NCBI GenBank assembly: GCA_051362555.1
Contig: CM120641.1
Coordinates: forward strand, 26,480,401-26,544,400
Reading direction: 5' to 3'
Length of the DNA stretch: 64,000 bases
From: Lingula anatina
Taxonomy: Eukaryota > Animalia > Brachiopoda
The notes under the pieces are model-generated. The model had not been told where the DNA came from, searched no databases, and worked only from the letters and a program-made list of their open reading frames with translations. The position numbers and the translations under genes were made by a program. The number at the start of each line of letters is the position of its first letter. Position 1 is the first letter of the stretch. Shown here piece after piece: positions 36,473 through 53,687 of the stretch.

Positions 36473-39400
36473 GCTGCATCTTTGTTGTGGGAAAGTGCAT
36501 GCATGGGGCTTTGCATGTGGCCTACCAAGAGTAAAAACAACTTCCACCAGCTATAGCTTTGACTTTTCTATGTATGGTTGGCAGTTCTCCATGGTATTAT
36601 AGTTCACTTCAAGTTCACTATAACAATTTGTGGTTCAGGTGTCTTTTGTGGAGTATCTGCTATTTTCTGTCAATGGAATTCTCCATTCCTACATGTACCA
36701 TCTGTTTGAGCGATAAAACAAAACTTTTCAATTACATTTTCCCTCTTTTTTTATTTTAGTTTGAAATGTAACAGAAAGGGATTTTTATAATACCACTAGT
36801 TGTTCCTAATCCATTGAGATTAGCTTTAAAAAAAGAACATATGAATTGAGTGATGAAAAAAATTAGCTCAATCCAGACCTGATATATCTTCTTGATTTCT
36901 TTCTATTATGGCACTTAAATGTCTATCATGGCATTAAAATGGGTTATTTCATTTCAGTACATTTAACAACTTTGTTCAAATTGTGGGAAGATATGGGTAA
37001 TGGCAGGAGAATTGTTTGCTCAACTAAGCATGATTGACATGCCATTATACTCCTTCCTGATGAGAATTTAAAATTTATTTATTTGATCATCAGCTTTTTC
37101 CTCATTTCCTTAGATACTTTTATAGTAGAAGGGGGTCTTTTTCACAGACTCATTTAAAGGGGTTTTTTTCTGGAATGTACTCTGCCATTTTTTAATTACC
37201 ACTGTTTAAACTATTCTTCAAACATTGAGCTTTTCATGACTTAATGAATTTGATATATCAATGCTTTGGATAAATAAAACATACACTCCTTACTTAGACA
37301 AACTGATTGACAATACTATTAATCTCAATAGCTATGTGATTAATTTACTATTGCCTCGATAAAAATATCAGGACTCATAATTTCTATTACTTGTATAAAC
37401 ACCACTCCAAAATAAGATCAGGCTTAAATGAACTCTTAGGATAAAGCATGGTATTTTTCCAATAAGGAAAGAATTGAGGGCATTGATCTTAACTGAGAAT
37501 ATTTGCCATTGAATTCTGTGGCTTCCACTAGGTTTTCCCACATGTACACAGTGTGAGACCAGTAATCCATTTAAGACACCTTTTCAAAATTCCACCAGTG
37601 GAGTTGTTATTTGTGAAGCCCCTTTAACACCAAATATTTACACACAATTAATGAGGAATAATTAGGAGAAGGATTGGAGAAAAAAATACAGGATATTGAC
37701 AAATTCTCATAAAATCCAATTCAACAGCCTTGCACCCATCTGTTTTCACAGTGTTAAAAAAAAGTGAATCAAACTTGAATAAAAAAATATATGTGAATTG
37801 AGCGTGTTCCTTTATAGTGGTTGCGATTACCCTTTGCAGGCGTGTGTCGTCCTGATCAGTTTGCCTGCGCAACCATTGCACAGTGCATACCAAAGTCGTG
37901 GGTGTGTGATAACGTACCTGACTGTATAGACCACTCTGATGAAAAAGAATGTAATTGTAAGTAAAGGGAAGACAATGATGCCAGTTTGTTTTTTACTGTA
38001 GCTAGGTTGATAGTTTAGTCTCCATAGTAACCAGAGTACCATAGCAACCAATATTCCCCACCAATAATTATCTGTTTGATGACTTATTGATTGACGTGTT
38101 GAGAAATCAGCATATGACAAGTAACCAAGATTTCGTTTGACTTAACCCCTGTAGTGCAACCTATAGCAAGTTAATCACATCCTGTTTTTATGCACATGTA
38201 AGCTGTGAATTTAAGCTGAAAAAACACAACTTACAATAAATATATTCAAAATATCATTTTTTTAGCACAGCTTAGATTGAAGAAAAAAATGCAGATAAAC
38301 TTGAGAGTTCTTCACGTGTGTGTTTCTCCTGCAACAGCTTTGCTTGTCTGCCTTACCATATCGCATTAAAGCATGCCGCAAGCACTATATGCCTGCAATG
38401 ATTCTCTTAACTTTCATTAACTTTTTTTTCTCAGCTGTGGTGTTTGTCTTGCTTTAAAGCCTGCTCCTGTTTGCTTCCATCTCTGCTTTGTGGTTTTTCA
38501 AAGCTGTGGTAATAACCATAGCTTCTCACCTGCCTGAGATAAATACGCCTTTACACTCAATCTCATGATGCACACTTGCTCTAAGATGACCTTTCACTGG
38601 TATTTGGTAATGGATTGTTTTTGTAATTTTATTTTGTTATTGTTTATTTGTGTACCCATCATATCAGCTAGCCCCTGGATCTGTGTTGTTGTGGCTTGTC
38701 AATTAAGTAACACCGGTAATCAGTTAGATAGGCGACCATTTACTTACACAGTATGTGGTTTAGGTAAATGTTTAGTTCCGATTTCATTTTCTCACCTTTT
38801 CCAATCACCTTGTTATTCCTCTTATCTCTGTGAGCTCTCTGGTTCACTGGGGAAATGGAGATGAGGAAATGATAACAAGAGATAATCCTCTGTGGATGTT
38901 CTTGTTATTTGTTTGTCTGTTTATTTTTCTTACAAACAACAGAAAAGTTGAACAGATGCTCCCTTGCCACATGCATTTTGGTTTACAGAAAGACAGAAGA
39001 AACTGCTTAATTTGAGAATACTTTCTACGACTGCATTCCAAAAACCTTATCGTACTAGCAGGATCGATCTATCTCAGCAGGGTTTCTTGCTAAGGCGCAG
39101 TCAATGTAATCAGCATAATTGTCTGGCACGCCCCCCCCCCTTGCAAAACAACACGAACGTGGACCTCAAAGTTAACCAAGGGAGCATGCTAGACATTTAA
39201 GCAGCTTACACTGAATGCAATTTAACGAGAATCCCCGAGGAGTTAGATCCAACCAGTTAGTACAACAGGGTTATGGGAACGGTCCCTATAGCACACAAGT
39301 AATTACTTGAAAGTTTCATTTGGTAATTGCGATGCTCTTATAAAAGATAAGGAATAATGACAAAAAAATCCAATCAATCATCAGCCAAGTCATTTATACA

Positions 39401-40726
39401 GGGCACTTTGAATACATTTTTTGTTCAAATTACTTCCAGATTTTTCAGTTGATATAGAGGGCAGTCATTGTAACGCTTTGAAAAGGGCCATGCCTGTCAT
39501 AATTGGGTACATTTTATGTCTCAAACAAAACTAATTTTCAAAATTCCTGCAGCTGAGAGTGATTGAAGCTTAGGAGTTGCACACCTCCAGACATATATAT
39601 GTACTGTTAAAAATACCTGCTGACCATGGCTGAGATTGTGGTTTGTTAAAATGAGCTGGCAAAAGGGCAGCTGGGGCATCAAAATTTCATTACCAAAGTA
39701 TTCTTTGAACAGCAAACTTCCAGTTTACTACCACATGCCACAGATTGTTTGCAGTTAAGATAATCTGTAATTGAAAGTGAATGGCCTATTCTGCTGTGGT
39801 ACCATATTTGTTTGCTTTTTGTTAGAAAGGGGGTGTTTTCTCAAACAACTGTTGTTATTTGGACTCTAAAAATTACTCAGGGGTTTCGTTTCTAGGATTT
39901 TTTTTTTCTGCATCCAATTTTGTCTGCTGTCAATATGCTTTATTTTTAACAGAGCTTTAAGTTTGGAAATCAGAAAATAGATCTTGTCATCACTTTGACA
40001 CAGGTCATCTAAGGGCATCTGAAGCACTTTTGCTGCTGCAGACTTGCATGTAATGTAGCAGTCCACAGCTGCCACTCATGTCATAAGTAATTAGAAAAGA
40101 TTCATTTACTTTAAATAGAGCACCACATGTATGATATCAAGTTAAAATTTAATTGCAATGATGGTGCATTAGTAGAAACTTTGGAGCTTTACAAGCAATA
40201 ATGTCTAGATTAGAATCTTAGCAGACACCTGCAAATACTGTTCAGCTATTCATTCTATGAAAATCCGTAAGACTTAATATAATTTTCAATAAAGATATAT
40301 AGCCATCCATTCTATTTCTCTTCAGATGATCCTTGCTTGCAGATAACTTGTCCCCGTGGGAAGGTATGTCTTCTTAATATCCAGGGTTTGCCCGTTTGTC
40401 GCTGTCCTAGTCTTGCCATTTGTAAGATGAAGCGCAGAAAGAAGGACGTTTGTGGTCGCGATGGGGTCAGTTATGCATCACGTTGTCACCTCCGTGTCCA
40501 AGAATGCAATTCGGGCAAAAGGATAAGGGTAGCTCACAAAGGACCATGTAAAAAATCAGAACTGCTTAAACATAATAAACAAGACAATAGCCAGCTTCTT
40601 GGTGACAAAAAGAACAAAAAACTATCACGCAAAGAGCGTCGGGATCGTAGGAGACAAAGAAGGAAGGAAAAAGAACAAAAGAATCGAAGATTACGAAGAA
40701 ACCACAGAAGATTCTCGACATTTTGA
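35566..40726 (+). CDS. Secreted protein (about 244 aa): signal peptide, IGFBP N-terminal-like module, LDLa, follistatin (FOLN+Kazal), K/R-rich tail
   Basis: Exons 35566-35782 ([38 protein letters not shown]...DECNCCMSC), 37840-37956 ([37 protein letters not shown]) and 40326-40726 ([14 protein letters not shown]...[15 protein letters not shown]...HKGPC plus basic tail). All junctions are phase-1 GT-AG. Confidence 0.8.
36220..36392. mobile_element. 173-bp MITE with tandem 15-bp units in its arms
   Basis: TIR GGGGCCGTAGCGATAGTCCGAAGG / CCTTCGGACTATCGAGACGCCCCC; 8-bp TSD AGTCTTAC/GGTCTTAC; repeated TRGTCCGAAGGTTCA units. Confidence 0.85.
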
Positions 40727-43700
40727 ATCTGTCCTGTTGAATTTTTTTAAAACATTAACATGCCACTGCCTAGCTGTTTTTTGCTCTCTGTGCCAATGAC
40801 AAATTAAAGGGTTAAGAAGAAGCTATTGTGCTGTATGACAAAAGAGGAGTTTAAGAGTTTTAAAAAATGTCGTAGCTATGAAGTTTGTTTGCTTTTACTT
40901 TCACTGAAAGCATTCAATTATAGTACCTATGTAATTTATTTTCCATATTAAGTTCTCTTTGACATTGCTTATTAGATTTTTTGAGAAGATTTATTGTGAT
41001 TATACAAACTGTATTTAGAATTATGAAGCAGTATTCATTTAGTATTAGGGCCCTAATTTATATACTTTTACTCACTTGTTTAAGGGTTTTGAAGTTCTTT
41101 GGGGGATTATATTCATACTAAAATGACACTAAACTCTAAATTGAACAGAGATTTATTTTGACTCAGCTGAAATACCCGTTTTAAAACTCCAGTTTATTTT
41201 CTTCTTCTTTTTTAACTGGTGCCAGACAAATTTTACCAACGATAAGTATTCTTTATCTCAATGCTTCAAGAAGAAATGTCAAAATTTCTTTATTGTATAA
41301 AAGTGGGTATAAATATGTTATTCTCCAATTTATGCCATAGTATATCAGATATATGCACAGCCTGTTGTCAGATATCCCTCTTAACTGCTATAATCATGCA
41401 AGGTGCCCTTTTTCATATAAATGTAGACTCCCTGTTTACAGAACTTACCTTACTTAAGCCTGAATTAGTCTGATTGATGTTACTAAAATGCTTAACATTG
41501 GATTTAAAAAAATAACTTGAAAAACTAGATTTGGTCTGAATTTTGTTACTAAAATGAAGATCTTAAACATCTGAACAAAATGTGATGTGCCAAGAAAGCC
41601 CCTATTTAATCTAGAAGAGTCAATTGGATTATTTCTGGTCTAAGTAAATCCTGTTGTAAACACCACTTACTGTTCTCACTTTTTTCTCTAAATCAAGTAA
41701 TGTAATCAATTTTCCTATTATTCATATGAATACCTTTGGCTCAGTTCTTTCATGGTGCAGACTTGCACAGACTATGACAGCCTAAAATGTTCAGAAGCAA
41801 ACACAGTGATATCCCAGCAGTTTCAATGAAATATGCCAAGTTTGTAGTCCACGTTTTATTTTTACAGAAAAATATTGGCAAGTGAAGTAGATTTTATCCA
41901 GTGCCATACTACACCTACCCATCCAAAGTAAATAAAAATGCTGAATGTAAAGGTAAACTCATGGATGATCCGTTGGTTTATCTCTTTCAAACTTTGATGA
42001 CTGTGGTATCTTCCTATCATTATGTCATACAGATTTTTTTTTTTTTTTTTTTGTAAATATTTAAAAACTGCTGCAAAAGAAGCAACTGCTAAATGTCTTT
42101 TGTGATAACTGTACATAATTGTATTTTGTAATTTGTATACCAGTTGCCTGTTAGCATTATCATTATCTATTTATGAAAATAATTTTATTATACTATATTC
42201 TGGCTTAGCTGATATCAGTCTTTGATAAAAAGTAAAGTTGAGGCAACGAGTACATACAGTGTAATTGTCTGGTACAGTCAGCTATCGGTTGCAGTATTTT
42301 TACATCTTTACTCGAAAGATGCATGGCTGTTTTGAATGTAAAACATAATGCCAATATTGTTAGACAGCCAAGAAGTCTATTTTTACCATCAAAAACGATC
42401 TAGGACTCTTGTCCCTGGCTGAATTGGCAATGAAATAAGGGGAAACTACCAAGGGGGAGAAAACAATAACAGACGCGAGATTTAAAAGAAGATGCAACGA
42501 TAATTTGGACTCATCGGGGACAAGATACCCTAGCCTGGAGATTGTGAAATCATTCAGCCATGTTTATGCCAGATAGCAAGCAGCCGTTGTTATCTGGTGT
42601 ATCTGTCTTTTGATGGTGCATACAAACAGGAGGACATGTCAGGAAGGTGTTCTCCCATCTTACTGTAATCCATCAGATCATGCCAAGAGCACACTTAGCA
42701 TAAGGAGACAAATTATGATGGTGATTAGGCCTGATTAGCCCATCATTTATCAGGCCCATTTACATAAGTTACTGAAGATGGGCTGGCAAATTTCTGATAA
42801 GCTTCACAAAGCCAGCGAGATCTCATTTGTAAAAATGTTGTCAGTATTTATTTCTTTGCTACATTAGGATTGTACTTATTGTGTTTGTGAGAATATGGAT
42901 ATTTAACTACTGCAAAAAATTAGAAAGTTAAGTACAGAACAGAAACATTTTTAATTGTAAATTATAAAGTAATATGTATAAGACAGACTTGAAAAAAATG
43001 GACCAAAATGTTGCAGCCACCCATATAATTTTTTGTATTTTACAAAATTTTGAAGTAAAATTAAAATTAGCTGCATAACTTTGTACTGAAGAAAGCATGC
43101 AATCATTTTATTCTTGCAATAGAAAAGATATGAGCTGTCACTCCATGCATTTTTTTTACTTGTTAAATTTCCAATATGTTTAAGTTCATGAACTAAAGAG
43201 AGAAATCAATATCCCATTGCCATTATAAGTAAAGAGAGTTGCAAAACTCCAAAAGAAGCAAATAAAGCTAAATGTATTCTGCTGCTACCATACTTGTTCT
43301 TGTAAACCTCGTGTGTAGATTTTATGTTGACATTTTCTTTTTTAAAAGTTATCTATATTTTTCTAATTTTAAAATTAGGAATGCTTGTTCTACTTTGATC
43401 TGAAAAAAAATCAAAGCATGCTAAATATCATAATGGACAATCTTAGATGTTTTATCACCACCATCCACCCTTGGTACATATCTAAGCCTGTAATTGTACT
43501 TGTTGCTCACTTAATTCTGGGATTAAAAGACAAATTATGTGGTGTGTGGGTGGGGATCCAAACACACACCTACATGTACAGCCTTAAGTTCAAACTTAGT
43601 TTCTAATTTTTTTTTCTTTGAAATTGTTCAGCCAAATAATCCTAAAGAGACAGGGTTTGCAAAGTTTTCACTCTTCCACTGTTCTTTTTATCTGTTGTCG

Positions 43701-45294
43701 GAGTCTGAGAAATCCATCGGCATATGTTGTAAAACAGGTGCAGAACCCATAGCTGAACACATGTGGGTGGGAGAGGGCTCTAGTTTGTAAGCAGGCTATT
43801 TATTCCAGACATTTTACTGCCGTGAATTTAGAAGCAATTTTTTTTCTTTTATGCCGCACACCATTCTGGACAGTGGGATACTTTACAGTAACAGATGCAC
43901 TGGGTTGTTGCCAGATTATCTCAATACTCCTTTTCCCTTTTATGTCACAAAACAAAACCTATCTTGTATAACCATAAACAAAACTAACAGGAAGCTCAAA
44001 CTGTTCAGTGATGGTTAAGACAAAGAATATCTGTCACAGTTGAAGAAGACGGGCTAATGAACTCTCTCTCCTATATTTTCTATGCCAATTAAGAAAGCAA
44101 GTGTTTAACAAGGAAACTTAGTCATTTTGTTGCAGACAATGATGCTTTTACTGAGGGACCAAATGTGGGAATTCACAGTGATCTTACAATGAAAACTTCT
44201 GGTGGATTTGTTGTTGCTAACAAACTGAGAATGAGAGAAATTTGTGAACTTGATTAATGTTGAAATAAATTTTTGTTCATTTTATCAGGCACATGAATTT
44301 GGGACAAGAGCAATCAATATTCTTTGTAAAATTGTAAAGTCCAACTCGGAAGGCTCTCTCACAAAGTATGATCAAATAATTGCAATACTCCATTCCATTT
44401 GTATTCCTTCTCCAAATAACACAAAGAGGATTTACTAAAACAACTTTATTGAAATAGGTTGGGGTTTCAGAAAAAAATGTTAATTTCCCTAGTGAGCAAG
44501 TCAAACATAACCACAAAACATTTCTAAATTTACTTTAACGTTCCACTAATGGATAAATACCAAGTCCAAAAATGTTTTAAATTTATTACATCATGCTATC
44601 ATGCTAATTGAATACAACACAAAAGTGGTACTTCATACACAAAACTTACACTAAACAAAGTTGCAAAGGTATGCTTTCAAATGGATAAAAAAATCGTTTA
44701 AGTAAAGTCTAAGTGGAAAAAAGTCACCAGGAAATGAGGCCCATATTTCATTGTAACTTGCCTCCAAATTACCTAGAATGATTGATGTTTCCTTCTGTCA
44801 GCTGCTACTTGGTGTTTACTGCCAAGTTTTCTCACCTTGGACTCTATTCACCAAATAAATAATGACCAAGCTTGCAAATCAAGCTATTTACAAAGGTGAA
44901 AGTAATAAGGCAAGTTAGCCTGCTGTTTTCATCTATTTGTTGGCCAGACACGGCTACTGCAGTATAATCTATGTCACTTGGACAATTGCAACAACATTTA
45001 AAAATATAGCTTTCAATAAATTAGACTTATGCTCAATGCAAACAACTTGAGTAAACATTTCATTGTTCGCAATGTTATGCACGGCAGCTTCAGGAAGTTA
45101 CAAACTGTTTCTTCACTTGCATTTATCAGTCCAGCAATTTTTCAAATAAAATAATTTTTCAAACACTAGCATAATCGTCTTAATTCTACCAATAATTTGT
45201 CAAATATAAAATGGCAATACATGTATTTGTCATATTCAAAGAATTCCACTACAAAGTAAGGTTAGTTATTAACACTGCTCACTAGGGACTATGG

Positions 45295-49413
<4,119 letters not shown>

Positions 49414-49809
49414 GTTAACAGTTTTTTTCAATTGATCAAACAGAAAAGAATTTAAATAAATAGATACATCCTTTTTGACAAAATTGTCACTTTGTTCGGA
49501 GTCAACTCGTTGAGGACGTCTACCGCATGGACGCAGACATGTTTCTTTGCCTCTCAATTTTCAATACAGATGGCGCCACAAGGTAGCACAAGCTTTAATC
49601 GCTGTTTAATCTTTGCAGTGGTTTTCCTAAACACCGAACAACGAATTTAGTTCCTAAACAGAAAAGATGTTCTTGGAGATGTTTTCAAGATGAATACCAA
49701 AAACTCAAATAAGAAATTAAAACCAAGACAGCTATGAAAATCATCTTAACATTTATCAATGTGTCATTCCTTTACATTATGCACGTTAATGGGGTAGGGG
49801 GTGGAGGTA

Positions 49810-50000
49810 GTTAATTATGTTATATGATATATAGATTATACTTTTCATTTTCTACACCACAATAAAGCTGTACCTTACACTGATGAAGGTCACGGACCAG
49901 AGTGACCGAAAACTGTAAGGAACAGCTTTATTGTGGCGTAGAAAATGAAAAGTAGGCCTATAATCTACAGTATACATGTATATCATATAACATGATTAAC
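49810..50000 (+). mobile_element. Penelope-like inverted repeat centred on a partial hammerhead ribozyme core
   Basis: Arms 49810-49879 and 49914-50000; spacer CTGATGA-A-GGTCAC-ggaccaga-GTGACC-GAAA (49880-49911). Confidence 0.7.
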
Positions 50001-53000
50001 GAACTATACAAAGATGAATTTTCATCAGAATAGCTTTGTTCCATGTTAACTCTACTAATATGAAGGTAAACAATCCACTGTTTGCTTTTTTAAAAATTTA
50101 AAACCCAAGAGTGTTATCCCCATCAATTCACCACACGGCATTGTAATATCAACATTATACGACAAATTTGCACGGCAATCCACTAAAAAGGAACCAGGTG
50201 CCTGATAACGGGATATCTGACATGTATGTTAATATAGAGGCTACACCTTTTGCTTTGTTGAGGGATATTAATATACACTTTTTTTGGTGAGATACCTACG
50301 CTTTGCAATAGGGCTTAGACAAACTTTATCAAAAATGGGGTATATTCGTTTTTCAGAATTTTCCAGACCTGACACAACAATTGATTGATTGGTTCACACT
50401 AGCTTATTAGTATTTGCACTGTTTTCATTGATATATGATATGATATGATTTTTCTATATATGGTACAAACACTATACAATCTGTTTATAAAAATTGTCCC
50501 ATCCATATCTAAGAACGAAAATTGGCGCAGTGGCTCAGGAAAACCATAAAAGTATGGGGAAATGGAGTGAATGTGTTAGTTGCGCTGTTTGAATGTGAAT
50601 AGGCCCAAGTGCAGTCCTCGGGCATCTACCACAACAAACATCCCAAAATTGACTTATTCCCTCTGGTATGCTCTCCGATTTATTATTATTTTTTTTTTAA
50701 TTTTTCACCTTATGTATGTACCATCTTTTACACCCTTGCATTTTAGTGGAGTACCTTTGAGAATTAGATCAATTTATTTTCGTGCCACCAAAGGTTTCGA
50801 TTCCTAAATCGCCAGACGATCACTTGTCGTTATGGAGTCGGGTGATATTTAGTTACCTGTAAGGTCATGCATGCCGTCCTGATAATCATGCATCATGATT
50901 ACACAAGTTGGCTATCTAAGTTCATCCATCGAAATAGCACGTAACGTATTGCAGGCTAGTCCACTCATAAACATGTGTGAATCACTGGCTCCTAAAAACC
51001 CACACGTGTGCGAATTATTGGCACAAAATACCTCATGAACGGATTTTGATCAGTTGTAATTTTTCAATACCTCTTATCTCCATGCTCAATATCAACTTCA
51101 CTTTATTCGGTATAAACAACCGCGATCATGTCTTATTCCCTGTTTTTCGTACAATATTCACATTCCCTTATGTAGTCATAAATGAGATCCCGTGCTCCAT
51201 CTCGATTATTTTTTCACTATTAAATATTTTAGAAAATTGCATATCTAATTCATATAGAGGCTATCATTGACAAACTTTACTTAATCTTTATCGGAAAAAG
51301 AACGCCCCTATGTTTTAAACGGATCAGATCCATTGTTTGACTTATTGCGTTGTGATATATGAAAAGACTAGTAATTCAGAAAACAAGAGAGAGATGATAA
51401 TTGATGAATAAAGTTGGCACCAGGATGGATTAGCTTTGTGATGGAAACCAAGATATAACATATCAAGCCTATCTGAAGTGTATAGGTGGCGTAATTAGTC
51501 GATTTCATCTTCGCCAGTATGGGATCTCCTTGCGTAATAAATATCCCTTGTAAGTATTGTCTAATAAAGAAGTGATTTAGCAAATTTCTTTCTCTTCCGT
51601 TTTTCGCTATCATTTTTAGAAAATCGATAATTATATCCAGCTGAATAACCCGTCGTGTTAAGATGTCTAACTGGTTAGTTGATAAATACGTAATTTGCTA
51701 GACAACCTAGCGCGTCACTTTTAATACAAGATGAGGTTTCATATGGCAAGCTAGTGCTAGCGCTCTCGAGGACAGACGCAAAATAATTTTCTGAGTGCGT
51801 CATCTTAAAACGAAGCGTCAGTAACACTTCATTAGATATTTCCTAGGAAAAAATATGATTTGTGCTCACTGATTGGTTTCATTTGTTTGTTTTTCTTTAT
51901 TTATTTTCAATTACTGAAAAAACCAAGTCACATAATGTGCATTTGATAGCTTTAGCTGGAATTCGAATTTATCAAATTAAAATTTACAGAACCAACTTTC
52001 GTGTCAAAGAGTATATATCTAGCTATTGCGAATGCATTTGCTCTCCAGCCTCTATGTTAAGACAAACAAATCTCCATTTCCTCTTTTGCCCCCACCCCTT
52101 CCCACACACACACACACACATACACACACACACACGCGCACACACATACACACACTTATCACGCAACTGTCAAGTTAAAAGGAAATATTAATATTTGAGC
52201 AGTCCGCTAATAGCCTACTGAGTAGTATATCTTGTCACTGGAAATGGGCATACAACCTGTCAACACTCACGGCATTTTTTTTTTTTTTTTACATGATCTA
52301 CAACAAATTCCTGCTTTAAATTTTAAAAAAATATTCTTGTTTCTGGTTTGGTATACGCCAAATGCTAATTCTACTTATTTGAAAATATCCATCATATTAT
52401 TGTCAAAGCCTGCCACTAGTACTTAGATCTGGCAATGATAAATGTAACTGTTGCGATACCCAGGGTCAACGTATTTTATGCCGAAGCATCAGATTTATGC
52501 GGACTTTCTTCGCAAACATTCACGCTCCTACGTGTTGTATCCACCTTATCTATTCTTATCATGCCCGTCATCTCCCTTAGGCTTGTGTTATATCTGCGAC
52601 AAGTCCACTATGATTACAAGGGACAATGCTTATCTCTTTGTGGCTGGTGAAATGGAGGACACCGGACTGGTAACGAAATATTGACAGTAATGTGTGCCTT
52701 GCATTATTGCCGTCATCATCTTGGGTCTGTGTTGGGGAAAGTCACAGTCATTTATCATTGCGACCATCTGGCAGAACAATAATGGTTAAGCTAACCTTAA
52801 ATGAATGCCTGATAATTACCTTTTCTCCCATTAAAAAAAAACTGTAGTGGCATTTCTGAAGTTCGCGATGCCAAAATTCTTATAATATGTATTGACACCT
52901 TTCGTTTTATTGTTTTTTATATAAAGGTACATACTTTGTACACTAATTCATGTAAAATACATCAGCAGTCGTTGTCTTTTCCAATGCAAATGATCCCTTA

Positions 53001-53687
53001 TGTTGAGAGGAAAATAACAAGGAAAAAGTTATTAATATAATTAATAAATCTTGATTCAAGACCGATGTTTTACCCTCTACAAGGACCACAGATTGATATT
53101 TCACCAGATATTCATATTGACATATGTTTCTGGTTAATTCTACACTTCTTTGCATTGTAAAAAATTATAAATAGGATTGTCATCACTAAGCCGGCCTCTT
53201 GTATAGAGTGCTAATAATGTGCCCCCCCCCAAAAAAAATAAATAAATAAATAAATAAATAAAAAAGAAAAGAAAAAAAAACATGGCTGACAGACAAAGAA
53301 AACACCATCCTTTTCATGATATAATTTATTGATATCTTATTCTAAACTTGTCATGATAGCACATGCAATGGTTTGCAGAAATGAAGTATAGAATGTCTTT
53401 CATTTGATGAATAATAAATCGAATATGTGAGCTATAAATAAGTTCAGATTAAATATCTTTGAACTGTATTCAGTATGATATGCAGTCGTGGGTCCTTAAG
53501 TATTTTTTCCTGTCCGCTCACAGGTATATATATGAAATTTAACGGTGGTAAGGTATGGCCTTACATATCAAATAATCATGATAAGGTCCGTGCGATGTGT
53601 AACTGAATAAGTTTCCTTAGGAAAACCTGGTAATCAATTAGAACAGGAATTAGCAATAATGTCACGTTGCCTTTGGGGGGGAATTGC

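Noticed and set aside
39040-39290. CpG-containing stretch as an extra exon of the secreted-protein gene
   Set aside because: The phase-1 acceptors I tried lead to early stops; more likely non-coding.
50520-50815. tRNA or SINE-like A/B boxes (also near 12150-12210)
   Set aside because: No cloverleaf and the box spacing is poor; at most highly decayed SINE fragments.
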